Shown here piece after piece: positions 48,499 through 56,302 of a stretch of DNA of 64,000 bases (positions within the stretch are counted from its first letter, which is position 1; each line of letters starts with the position of its first letter). The notes under the pieces were generated by a model, which saw only the letters and a list, made by a program, of their open reading frames with translations, did no database searches and was not told where the DNA came from. The stretch spans positions 103,738 to 167,737 of the forward strand of contig JAYWCB010000001.1 in assembly GCA_043780835.1 (NCBI GenBank). The letters run 5' to 3'. Source of the stretch: Minisyncoccota bacterium (GTDB lineage Bacteria; Patescibacteriota; Minisyncoccia; Phycocordibacterales; UBA2100). Position numbers and translations under genes: made by a program.

Positions 48499-49866
48499 CT
48501 AGTGAGCTACCGGGAATGACACAATAAAGTGTGATCCCACTCCGACGATGGACTCAATTGAAATTGTACCTCGCATTTCCTTCACCAGTTGCGCGGTGAT
48601 CCACAAGCCCAGTCCGGTCCCGATAATCGACTCGGTTTCGTGCGAATGAATGCGAAAGAATTTCTGGAATAGTTTCTCACGATTTTCGGCACTGATGCCC
48701 ATGCCGGTATCACTGATGCGGATTAAAGCGCGTCCGTCCTCGCTATATTGACTGATTGTAACACCTCCGGCTTTTGTGTATTTCAGCGCATTGCCGATCA
48801 AATTCACCATCACCTGCCGCAGTCGCGCCGCATCGATCATTATTTGATCTGCAGCGGCTTTGCTTTGGTCGAGTGAGAGTTGTAAGCCTTTCTCATGCGC
48901 GAGCAATTCAAATGACGAAACAGCTGCCGCAACGATGTCGCGCACGTCACAGAGCTCCATTTTGAATTCCATCCGACCTTGCTCAATGCGTGACACTTCC
49001 AACATATCGCTCACGAGCGCATCAAGTCCTTTTGCAGCGAATTCAATTTTCTGCGCGTATGTAGTTGCCTCTGTAGGAAGACCCTTTGAATTATTGAGGA
49101 ATTCCGCGTATCCGCGAATAATCGTCAACGGGGCACGCAATTCGTGTGATGCCATGGAGATAAAGTCATCTTTGAATTGATCGACTTCTTTCAGGCGACG
49201 GTAAAGATCCATGTAATCGACGATTCGCGAATGACGCAGAAAGAGAAACAGAATGAGCACAATAACGGCAATCAACAGGTAGATGCTGTCGGTGATGTTT
49301 TTTTCGATTGCACGGTCGGCTTGGGATAGCGTTTGGGTAGTGAGTGCAACACCCACGACGTTTTGTTGTGCATCTACAATGGCGCGTGCGGTATTGAAGT
49401 ACCGTTCAGATCCTCTTTTAGTTTCTGTAGTAAATGAATGCGACGGATCGCCCGAGACGAGCGAATACAATACATCGGTATCGCGAGAGGCTTTGCCGAT
49501 TTCTGAACGATCATTCGAGGCGATAATAATGTATGCGGTGGTTGTTGCATCGGTAAACACGAGGCGTTTCTGCACAATGCGAAATTGTTGAATGGTTTCG
49601 TTGGAGCGGATCACATCGTCAATCCGAGCATTCAAATATGCTGGATCATCCATTCTGTCCGCTGCAAACGATACGAACGCGTCCTGCAGAGAGCCGATTC
49701 GCACGTTCACCAGACGGTCTTGCGCGTCCCCTGCGATGCCGATAAACCGGCTCGCCATAAAGATAAACGCGCCCACGATAATAACCGCGATCAGAATCGT
49801 GTATATGAGCTGTGGGTTACTCCCTATCTTTTGAATCCCCGCCCTGAGGCGTTCGAAAAAAGGCAC
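48499..49866 (-). CDS. membrane sensor histidine kinase
   Basis: Two TM helices flanking a sensor domain, SHELRAPL, NALKYT, GTGLGL. Confidence 0.92.
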   Translation of the reverse strand: MPFFERLRAGIQKIGSNPQLIYTILIAVIIVGAFIFMASRFIGIAGDAQDRLVNVRIGSLQDAFVSFAADRMDDPAYLNARIDDVIRSNETIQQFRIVQKRLVFTDATTTAYIIIASNDRSEIGKASRDTDVLYSLVSGDPSHSFTTETKRGSERYFNTARAIVDAQQNVVGVALTTQTLSQADRAIEKNITDSIYLLIAVIVLILFLFLRHSRIVDYMDLYRRLKEVDQFKDDFISMASHELRAPLTIIRGYAEFLNNSKGLPTEATTYAQKIEFAAKGLDALVSDMLEVSRIEQGRMEFKMELCDVRDIVAAAVSSFELLAHEKGLQLSLDQSKAAADQIMIDAARLRQVMVNLIGNALKYTKAGGVTISQYSEDGRALIRISDTGMGISAENREKLFQKFFRIHSHETESIIGTGLGLWITAQLVKEMRGTISIESIVGVGSHFIVSFPVAH

Positions 49867-49904
49867 CCGCTAATTGTATCCCACACAAACGCGACACTTT
49901 GTAT

Positions 49905-50225
49905 TTATGCGACTGCCGCTACGGATACAAATCCTCCATGGGACTCACGATGACAATTTGCACATAAAAGAATACATTTGTCCGCTTCAGTTTTCATTTT
50001 CTCCCAAGATCTGGTGATACCGCCCCTTGAAATTCCGAATGATTTATTCTTGTCGTCAGTATGATGCAGATCGAGCGCACCATAGTATTTACAATATCCA
50101 CAACGAACGCACTTTCCACCCTTGTACTCGACGAGCATTCTTTTAAGTTTTCTTCTACGGTCGGAAACTGCTTTTTTTAGATATTCCGCTCTATCGGCAT
50201 ATGTTCTTTTTTCTTTCTGAACCAT
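49905..50225 (-). CDS. free-standing HNH endonuclease
   Basis: CVRCGY...LDLHH...CILLCANCHRESH; likely start MVQKEK because the longer ORF overlaps the tRNA. Confidence 0.85.
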   Translation of the reverse strand: MVQKEKRTYADRAEYLKKAVSDRRRKLKRMLVEYKGGKCVRCGYCKYYGALDLHHTDDKNKSFGISRGGITRSWEKMKTEADKCILLCANCHRESHGGFVSVAAVA

Positions 50226-50325
50226 GGTATACAAGATAAGTATACCGCGGGTTCTCAGCTTCACCGAATTGCAAATAGCCATTTTTTGGCTACTATACGC
50301 AAGTCCATGCAGCGCATGGTCATAT

Positions 50326-50646
50326 TCCGCGGTGGCGCAACGGTAGCGCAGCTCGCTGTCAAAGGCAGCTTTCCGGAGGAATCCGGAAATGAAAACGAGG
50401 AGAATTGCTGGAAGCCTCACTTTTCGCGTTGAAAAAGTGGTAATCAGCAGCCGAGCCTGCATTCGCAGGAAGGTTCAGAGACTATCCCATATGGGAGTAG
50501 GTCCGCACAGTTAATTTTCTGGCGGCCCGAAGCACCTCGCATCCGACAACTATCTGATAGTTGGGATGATGATATAGTCCACCCCTTTTGGAAACATAAG
50601 GACACGTGTAACGAGTTGGTTGTAGGTTCGAATCCTACCCGCGGAG
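50326..50646 (+). tRNA. tRNA-Asn(GTT), intron-containing; exons 50326-50359 and 50609-50646
   Basis: Joined exons give a 72-nt cloverleaf: TCCGCGG/CCGCGGA-G acceptor stem, GCGC D-stem, GCTCG-CTGT^TAA-CGAGT anticodon arm, GTAGG-TTCGAAT-CCTAC T arm. Confidence 0.92.
50360..50608 (+). ncRNA. group I self-splicing intron (249 nt, no ORF)
   Basis: Exon ends in U, intron ends in G; P1 GCTGT^C-AAA-GGCAGC with U.G at the splice site; P 50403-50413, Q 50442-50451, R TCAGAGACTA 50475-50484, S GATATAGTCC 50571-50580; P3 CGAGG/CCTCG. Confidence 0.92.
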
Positions 50647-52344
50647 CAAGTTAGGACGACGGGACTCGAAAGAGTCCTTTTGTCGTTTATTAGAGCCGAC
50701 TTTTTCAGGTTCTAACCCATTGGTTAATAACCTTTGATTTTTTATCTCGTTTTCGATCAGAAGATATGGATGCAGCATCTCTACGCTTAGCGTGCGGTCT
50801 TTTAGAGTTAGGTTCGAGCCGATTGATCCAAATATCGTTCGTTTCGTCTGTAAGTCGGCTGTAGTCGTGAATTGACGCTTTGCCAGTGCGCAAAATGAGA
50901 AAACCCGCTCAGCTGTTTCCAAATCCCGATCTAATTTTTCCTTTGTGCCGAAAAGTTCTGCTTCCAGACGGCCCCGTTCTATGTTCAGCTCCATCTTGAG
51001 CTTTCGAAACTCCTCTTGCGTGTAGAGCTCATAATTCGTGTTCAGCGGGGATGTGAATTCACGACTCAAGTTCACCAAACGTTTCTGACATGTGTCGTAG
51101 GACGATTGCAGCGACTGTCGCATAGCCCTTTCTTCGCGGCCTGAATTCTTCTCTACATCATTAAGGTAATCGAGGGCTAGTTTCAAGTAGTCCTCGTCAA
51201 TTGTCAATCCGGTTAGTATCTGCGAAAACTGAAGTTCTAAAGATTCGAGGCGTATCGTTTTTTGTGAGCATTTTCTATTCTTCTTCTTTGTACATCGGTA
51301 ATATACATAATTCAGAATTGTGGGTTTTGTCATCGCAGAGATGTCCATATGGCAATTCGGGCAAGCCGATTTGCTTTCGTATGCAAACTTATGCTTACAG
51401 CTTGTGCAGATCAACTGATTCTTTTCCTCTGCGGTAATCGAAGAATCGCATTCACCGCATCGCATAAGGCCTGTGTAAGCGAATTGTCGCGTCTTAGGCT
51501 GCTGTTTTCCTCTTTTACCTAACAATATTTGGGCGCGACGGTATTCCGCCTCCGTAATGATTGGTCGATGATTTCCTTTGATCATTCTGCGCTCACCGCT
51601 CTCTGGGTCGGTCCACGGATAAGATCCATAGTAAAAAGTATCACTGAAGATGTTATACATGTGGCTCATCGAAAGAGGTTTACCGCCGATTTTTCGACGC
51701 GGCAGAGTCGTTAGATGCCACTCTTTCGTTGCGATATCTCGGATCTTAGAAACAGAATATGCGCCCGTCAGAAACAGATCCCACATTTTACGCACTAGCT
51801 CAAAACGTTCGGGATCAATGTCTATAGTTTTGCTTCCTTTTTCTGTGCCGACATTAAGATAACCAATTGGACCTCCAGATGGACGCCAACCCCGCATTGC
51901 TTTGCTATTGAGACCTCGTTTTACGTTCTTTGACAAACGCATCACATAGTCCGTGGCACGTCCACCCTCAATACTCATGAGCAATCCGGCATCTTCCGGG
52001 TAGTAAGAACGTCCGGGGGTTTTTATCTCCTTTATGACACCCTTTTGAAGCATCCATTGCAGGCGCCCGTTATCAATCGGATTGCGAGAAAGACGATCGA
52101 TATCCCAACACAAAAGCCCATTGGCTTCACCAGACTGTATTCGGTCTAATAGGGCGTCGAACACAGGCCTCCCCGGGTCTTTAGCGCTACGCTCTTCAGT
52201 AAAGGGTTCTCGCGCCAAAACAACGCCCTCACGCTCAGCGAGTCCGCTTAGGGCATTGATTTGATCGCCTATAGATGCAACTTGCCGCTGCGAGTCTTCT
52301 GAACTCTTACGGCAGTATGCAAAGTATTTTAGAGACTGACCCAT
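50635..52344 (-). CDS. large serine recombinase (island 1)
   Basis: YCRKSS catalytic Ser, DRLSRN, recombinase domain, zinc ribbon, coiled coil; stop codon lies inside the tRNA 3' exon. Confidence 0.93.
   Translation of the reverse strand: MGQSLKYFAYCRKSSEDSQRQVASIGDQINALSGLAEREGVVLAREPFTEERSAKDPGRPVFDALLDRIQSGEANGLLCWDIDRLSRNPIDNGRLQWMLQKGVIKEIKTPGRSYYPEDAGLLMSIEGGRATDYVMRLSKNVKRGLNSKAMRGWRPSGGPIGYLNVGTEKGSKTIDIDPERFELVRKMWDLFLTGAYSVSKIRDIATKEWHLTTLPRRKIGGKPLSMSHMYNIFSDTFYYGSYPWTDPESGERRMIKGNHRPIITEAEYRRAQILLGKRGKQQPKTRQFAYTGLMRCGECDSSITAEEKNQLICTSCKHKFAYESKSACPNCHMDISAMTKPTILNYVYYRCTKKKNRKCSQKTIRLESLELQFSQILTGLTIDEDYLKLALDYLNDVEKNSGREERAMRQSLQSSYDTCQKRLVNLSREFTSPLNTNYELYTQEEFRKLKMELNIERGRLEAELFGTKEKLDRDLETAERVFSFCALAKRQFTTTADLQTKRTIFGSIGSNLTLKDRTLSVEMLHPYLLIENEIKNQRLLTNGLEPEKVGSNKRQKDSFESRRPNLLRG
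50661..50681 (+). terminator. tRNA terminator embedded antisense in the LSR coding sequence
   Basis: GGGACTC-GAAA-GAGTCCTTTT, 15 nt after the tRNA; identical copy at 60169-60189. Confidence 0.7.
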
Positions 52345-52355
52345 ATTCCCGTTAA

Positions 52356-52742
52356 TTATAGCCCCTTCGGCAATTGAATTGCGACTCTGAGGGCCTTTTC
52401 ACGCGCCCCGATGATGAGCTGAAGTCTGGCAATATCTACAGCCTCTAAGTGTGTTAGTGCAGGAAGGAGTTCGCGAATGTCGACTAATTTTGCCAAATTG
52501 GCTTGAGCTATCAGTAGTTCAACATGAATAGCCGTTACTTTTTCCATTTCCACTTTTGGTGCACCTCGATATCCCTCCCGAAGACCGTATTTGTATCCTT
52601 TCATTCGCCCATCTTCGAACGCCCCCTCGCTTAATACGACAAAAGCGTGTTCTGACCAGAAGGTTTGGCCGCATAGCCTGCACCTAAAGTGGTCATGGGG
52701 ATGATCTGCTACGGCCTCAAGACGATGGAAATGAATTTTCAT
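52356..52742 (-). CDS. hypothetical protein with H/C zinc-binding-like motif
   Basis: HPHDHFRCRLCGQ; directly upstream of the LSR. Confidence 0.6.
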   Translation of the reverse strand: MKIHFHRLEAVADHPHDHFRCRLCGQTFWSEHAFVVLSEGAFEDGRMKGYKYGLREGYRGAPKVEMEKVTAIHVELLIAQANLAKLVDIRELLPALTHLEAVDIARLQLIIGAREKALRVAIQLPKGL

Positions 52743-52852
52743 ATTAGTTTGTTTTGGTGGTAATTTCGCAATAGTTATTAATACACTTACCGAATTGCCA
52801 TCTTGTTATCCCTCAAGGGGAAAAACCTTAAGTGGCAATTTGGTAACATTAT

Positions 52853-54022
52853 TTAGCTAGTATCGAAAAAATTACCTTGTTCGATGGAGCCTAAGGTATC
52901 GGCCTCAGAAATAGAGCCGTTTTCCGCTTGAGGCAGAAAGTAGAACTTTTCTTTGCCGCGTTTAATCGAATCTATACTTTCGGACGCTTCTAATTCCCTG
53001 AGCGCATCCGATACGTTCTTCTCACCGATCTTCCTATCCTGAAGGATTTTCAATACTTCTCGCCTCGTTCTACCCGATTCCTCGAGGATATTGAGTATTG
53101 CTTCCTTGGCTTCCTCTTTTTTCGTCTCCTTACTTTCGAGTGGACCGCAATATTTAAATCTGATCCTCGGCTCGCCCAAATCATTTATGTAGTCCTCCAT
53201 TTGTATGGCGAAGGGGTCTACCTCCTTGCCTGTACGGTTTTTTCGTTGATAGACGTGAATCTCACCATTTCCTTCATTTCTGAGCATTAGTAAGGCTTCT
53301 GCACTTGCTGCTTTATCGATCGAACCAAATAGATGCTCCTTTTTGGGAATCTTTCCCTCGAAATTCGAGGGTTTGCGGTAATGGTCCAATACAATGACGC
53401 TGACACCAGAATTCTTCAGAACGCTAAACTTTTTAAATGATGCACGTACTTCTTCGGCCTTTTCCTCTTTAAGGCCTCCTGCAACGGCTCGATAGGTGTC
53501 AGCAACAACAACATCAATTCGATTTTGCTGCACATATTTAAGGAGCCACCTGTAGTCCCTGGTCTCACAAACTGTTCCCGGTGCGTATATGTTGAAATCA
53601 TCGCGATTTAGGAAAAACAGATCTTTGTTGCCGTTGTCGATTCCAAGCAACTTTCCTCGGCGCTGCATTTCGCTTTCAGACATTTCCGCATTGATGTACA
53701 AAACGCGACCACCGATAGTTTTAAAATGATCCAAGAATTCGGTAAACTCGGAGATACATTTTGCGATATACATAGCGAGCCAGGTTTTACCTTCGCCGGC
53801 TATTGCAGCAATTATTGTGACCCCCTGAACTGGCACAAGATCTTGAATGCGCCATAACGCCTTGGGTAAATCCTTGGACCCGAATTGATTCCAGCCCTGG
53901 GGTTTTGGATATCCAATGTCTTCATCGTATTCTTCCTCGACTGCAGGATCGTAACGCGTCGAATACACCAACTTATGTAGCGGTGTGGCATCCGGTGGTA
54001 GGTCATTGTCCATAAAAATCAT
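52853..54022 (-). CDS. AAA_25/RepA-like helicase ATPase with C-terminal winged helix
   Basis: WRIQDLVP, AIAGEGKT Walker A, VLYINAEM, VVADT Walker B, LDHYRK. Confidence 0.85.
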   Translation of the reverse strand: MIFMDNDLPPDATPLHKLVYSTRYDPAVEEEYDEDIGYPKPQGWNQFGSKDLPKALWRIQDLVPVQGVTIIAAIAGEGKTWLAMYIAKCISEFTEFLDHFKTIGGRVLYINAEMSESEMQRRGKLLGIDNGNKDLFFLNRDDFNIYAPGTVCETRDYRWLLKYVQQNRIDVVVADTYRAVAGGLKEEKAEEVRASFKKFSVLKNSGVSVIVLDHYRKPSNFEGKIPKKEHLFGSIDKAASAEALLMLRNEGNGEIHVYQRKNRTGKEVDPFAIQMEDYINDLGEPRIRFKYCGPLESKETKKEEAKEAILNILEESGRTRREVLKILQDRKIGEKNVSDALRELEASESIDSIKRGKEKFYFLPQAENGSISEADTLGSIEQGNFFDTS

Positions 54023-54164
54023 GCGTTTTAGGCTTATAAATAGCGTCTACTAGCGCGATCAATTTTTCGAAATATTCCAAAGCGGCATCGTCAGAAATAG
54101 CGCTGCCGGTCGTCTCCTCGTAGAGAGTTTTGAATCTTTCGATGTATCTATTTTTTTCGACCAT
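54003..54164 (-). CDS. small island protein (53 aa), homolog of 63090-63275
   Basis: Translated by hand: MVEKNRYIERFKTLYEETTGSAISDDAALEYFEKLIALVDAIYKPKTHDFYGQ; GGAGG upstream; overlaps the AAA gene start. Confidence 0.75.
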   Translation of the reverse strand: MVEKNRYIERFKTLYEETTGSAISDDAALEYFEKLIALVDAIYKPKTHDFYGQ

Positions 54165-54187
54165 AGCAAAAACCTCCACTCAGCTCT

Positions 54188-54285
54188 GCGGATCACTTGG
54201 ATGATTCGCAGAACTAAAGGGAGGTTCAGCAGAGTCCAAGTTTCCGCAAATAAAAAATACCGCCTATTAAGCGGATTCTTGGACT
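54188..54285 (-). promoter_or_regulatory. leader with three copies of a bipartite motif (alternative pairing)
   Basis: GCGGA-N2/3-CTTGGA at 54188 and 54271, inverted at 54233-54247; CCGC/GCGG hairpin with a U tract on -. Confidence 0.55.
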
Positions 54286-54492
54286 GGTATGAGATTTATA
54301 CGATACAGGCTAAGAATGTCGCTTAAAGCAAGCAGTATTCTTAAACCCACAGCAGATCGTTACGCAAAAGAGTTTTGCGAAAAACGGCATTGGGTGCCTG
54401 AAAGAACGTCCCACCAATCATATCCACCTTTTAGATCTGGTCAATTGATTTATCCCCAGAGACTGCAATAATAACTTCACAATTGAATATCG

Positions 54493-54655
54493 AGCCGCAA
54501 GGCTAGTGCCTAAACCGCCGGAGCAATCCTCGGCATGGCACGAAATCCCACGTGAATACTGAACCCGTCGTTCAGCTCCATTCACGTGGTCTTACGGGGA
54601 AACTCGTAAGGAGCAGCAATGCTCGGCTAGCGGCGGGCTTTGTGTTGCCTGCCGC
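54493..54655 (+). ncRNA. candidate multi-hairpin structured RNA or ssDNA element
   Basis: Six consecutive stems, four with GNRA loops on +. Confidence 0.55.
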
Positions 54656-54671
54656 AAGCATTATTTAAGTA

Positions 54672-55667
54672 ATGCGAATCATGAAAAAATTTAGCGCAAT
54701 TCTCTTCTTTTTAATTTCTTTACAAACGACTATTGTTTATGCAAGTTCCGGTGCTTGCTCTGATCACGGCGGTATCAATTGCAGTGCCGGTGCCGGTACT
54801 GGTGGGAGTGTAATTTGTAATGATGGGTGGTCAAATAGTTCGGTGTTATTTTCAAGTGCTGATGAGTGTAAAATCTCATGCACACCGCCGAGCGCATCAG
54901 GTTGTAAAACTGAAAACGACTACGGGGCCTTGCAGGTACAGCTCAACGCATCGGGCGGTTATCTCGGCGCGGGATCTTCGCAGACGGGCGCATTGAACCA
55001 GTGCCGTAGCGAGATAAATGCATATCAGGCGAACCTACAGGTCTACAACACCTGCCAAGCCAACAGCTCGTCAAACGCCTCCGTTTCTAGCAATGCAGAT
55101 TCATACCTTAAGGCAAAGATGCAACAATATTGCGTCAATACATATGGCCCACAAAGTTTTTCCAATTATTCAGATAAAACATGTGGATGTAACAGCGGCT
55201 ATAGCTTGACTGCACAAGGATGTTTGCTCAAGCCTAAAACTAACCTAGGAATCACAACATCAACAACAATCGAATCGTGTGAAAATAATGGGGTTAAGGG
55301 TTACAAAATAAATGGCCAATGTGTTTTCCCAACAGGGACATCCACGACGATTGACCTAAACAAGCCGATTACTGGAATCCTGTCAGATATTAGCTCATGG
55401 CAAAACGTGCCAACGTCTACAAACCAAAAAATTGTTTCTCAATTTAATAGAAGCTTAGCGAGGGGTATGCGTGGCAATGATATTATTCAACTTCAAACAT
55501 TGCTTCAAAATCTTGGGTATCTCCCTACGAGTACTAAGCCTACTAATTACTTCGGGTCGCTAACTCAAAAAGCAGTGATCGCGTTCCAATTAGCTCATGG
55601 CATCACGCCACCACAGGGGTATGTAGGGCCTAAGACGGGAGCTACTCTTATCCAGACAAACTATTAG
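54672..55667 (+). CDS. secreted Cys-rich protein with C-terminal peptidoglycan-binding domain
   Basis: Signal peptide, GACSDHGG, L.RG.RG.D..QLQ..L...GY...FG..T..AV..FQ...G.VGP.T. Confidence 0.85.
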   Translation: MRIMKKFSAILFFLISLQTTIVYASSGACSDHGGINCSAGAGTGGSVICNDGWSNSSVLFSSADECKISCTPPSASGCKTENDYGALQVQLNASGGYLGAGSSQTGALNQCRSEINAYQANLQVYNTCQANSSSNASVSSNADSYLKAKMQQYCVNTYGPQSFSNYSDKTCGCNSGYSLTAQGCLLKPKTNLGITTSTTIESCENNGVKGYKINGQCVFPTGTSTTIDLNKPITGILSDISSWQNVPTSTNQKIVSQFNRSLARGMRGNDIIQLQTLLQNLGYLPTSTKPTNYFGSLTQKAVIAFQLAHGITPPQGYVGPKTGATLIQTNY

Positions 55668-55693
55668 ACAATGGGCCTGTACGTTAGTATGAA

Positions 55694-55894
55694 ATGAGTA
55701 TGATAAAACTAACACTCAAAGCGGTAGCAGGAATGTCGGATGATGAGATTTACAAGCTCTCTATGCCGCGCCCATTCCACCCCGAGGCACGCGGCTTTAT
55801 GCTTGACCCACAAAGTTTTGGAAGTCAGCAGGAAATGTCGGAATGTCTAGCAGCTCTGATGAAACGTCTTGGGGAAATACAAAAAAATAAGTGA
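55694..55894 (+). CDS. small hypothetical protein
   Basis: 66 aa ORF co-oriented with the cargo genes. Confidence 0.5.
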   Translation: MSMIKLTLKAVAGMSDDEIYKLSMPRPFHPEARGFMLDPQSFGSQQEMSECLAALMKRLGEIQKNK

Positions 55895-56065
55895 TCATCG
55901 TTGTTACCGAAAACAATGACCCTTGGGTGCGAAGCGCCTAGTATCAAGTTCGTTCAATCGTTTTTATTCTAGATCTAGTAATCATTTTAGACCTGATTGT
56001 TTATCATTTCTTACGCTAGCAATTCAGTCTTGTGTTGACCGAAGGCTTATTGCATAGTTGCGTAT

Positions 56066-56299
56066 ATGAAGAAACTCTCCCTATTGCTTCTTGTCGCTTT
56101 CTTGGTGCCAACTGTCGCGCTGGGAGCATCTCTGCATCACTATAAGAATGTAGACGGTATTTCGGTTGAAAACCCAATCCAATCCCAGGTTATACCTGTC
56201 GGAGCGACCGCTCAATGTAAGGACCGGTCCTACAGCTTCAGCCTGCATCACAGGGGCGCGTGTTCACATCATGGCGGAGTCAGTAAGTGGATTCAATAA
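56066..56299 (+). CDS. DUF3761 domain secreted protein
   Basis: Y.NVDG..V..P...GATAQCKD.SYSFS.H.RGACSHHGGV..W. Confidence 0.85.
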   Translation: MKKLSLLLLVAFLVPTVALGASLHHYKNVDGISVENPIQSQVIPVGATAQCKDRSYSFSLHHRGACSHHGGVSKWIQ

Positions 56300-56302
56300 A
56301 AA

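Noticed and set aside
50226-50462. N-terminal 79 aa of the HNH ORF in the ORF track
   Set aside because: Antisense to the tRNA exon and intron; ATG at 50225 is the plausible start, so the HNH is not intron-encoded
54289-54471. 60-aa ORF in the island 1 divergent gap
   Set aside because: No RBS or motif; the region looks regulatory
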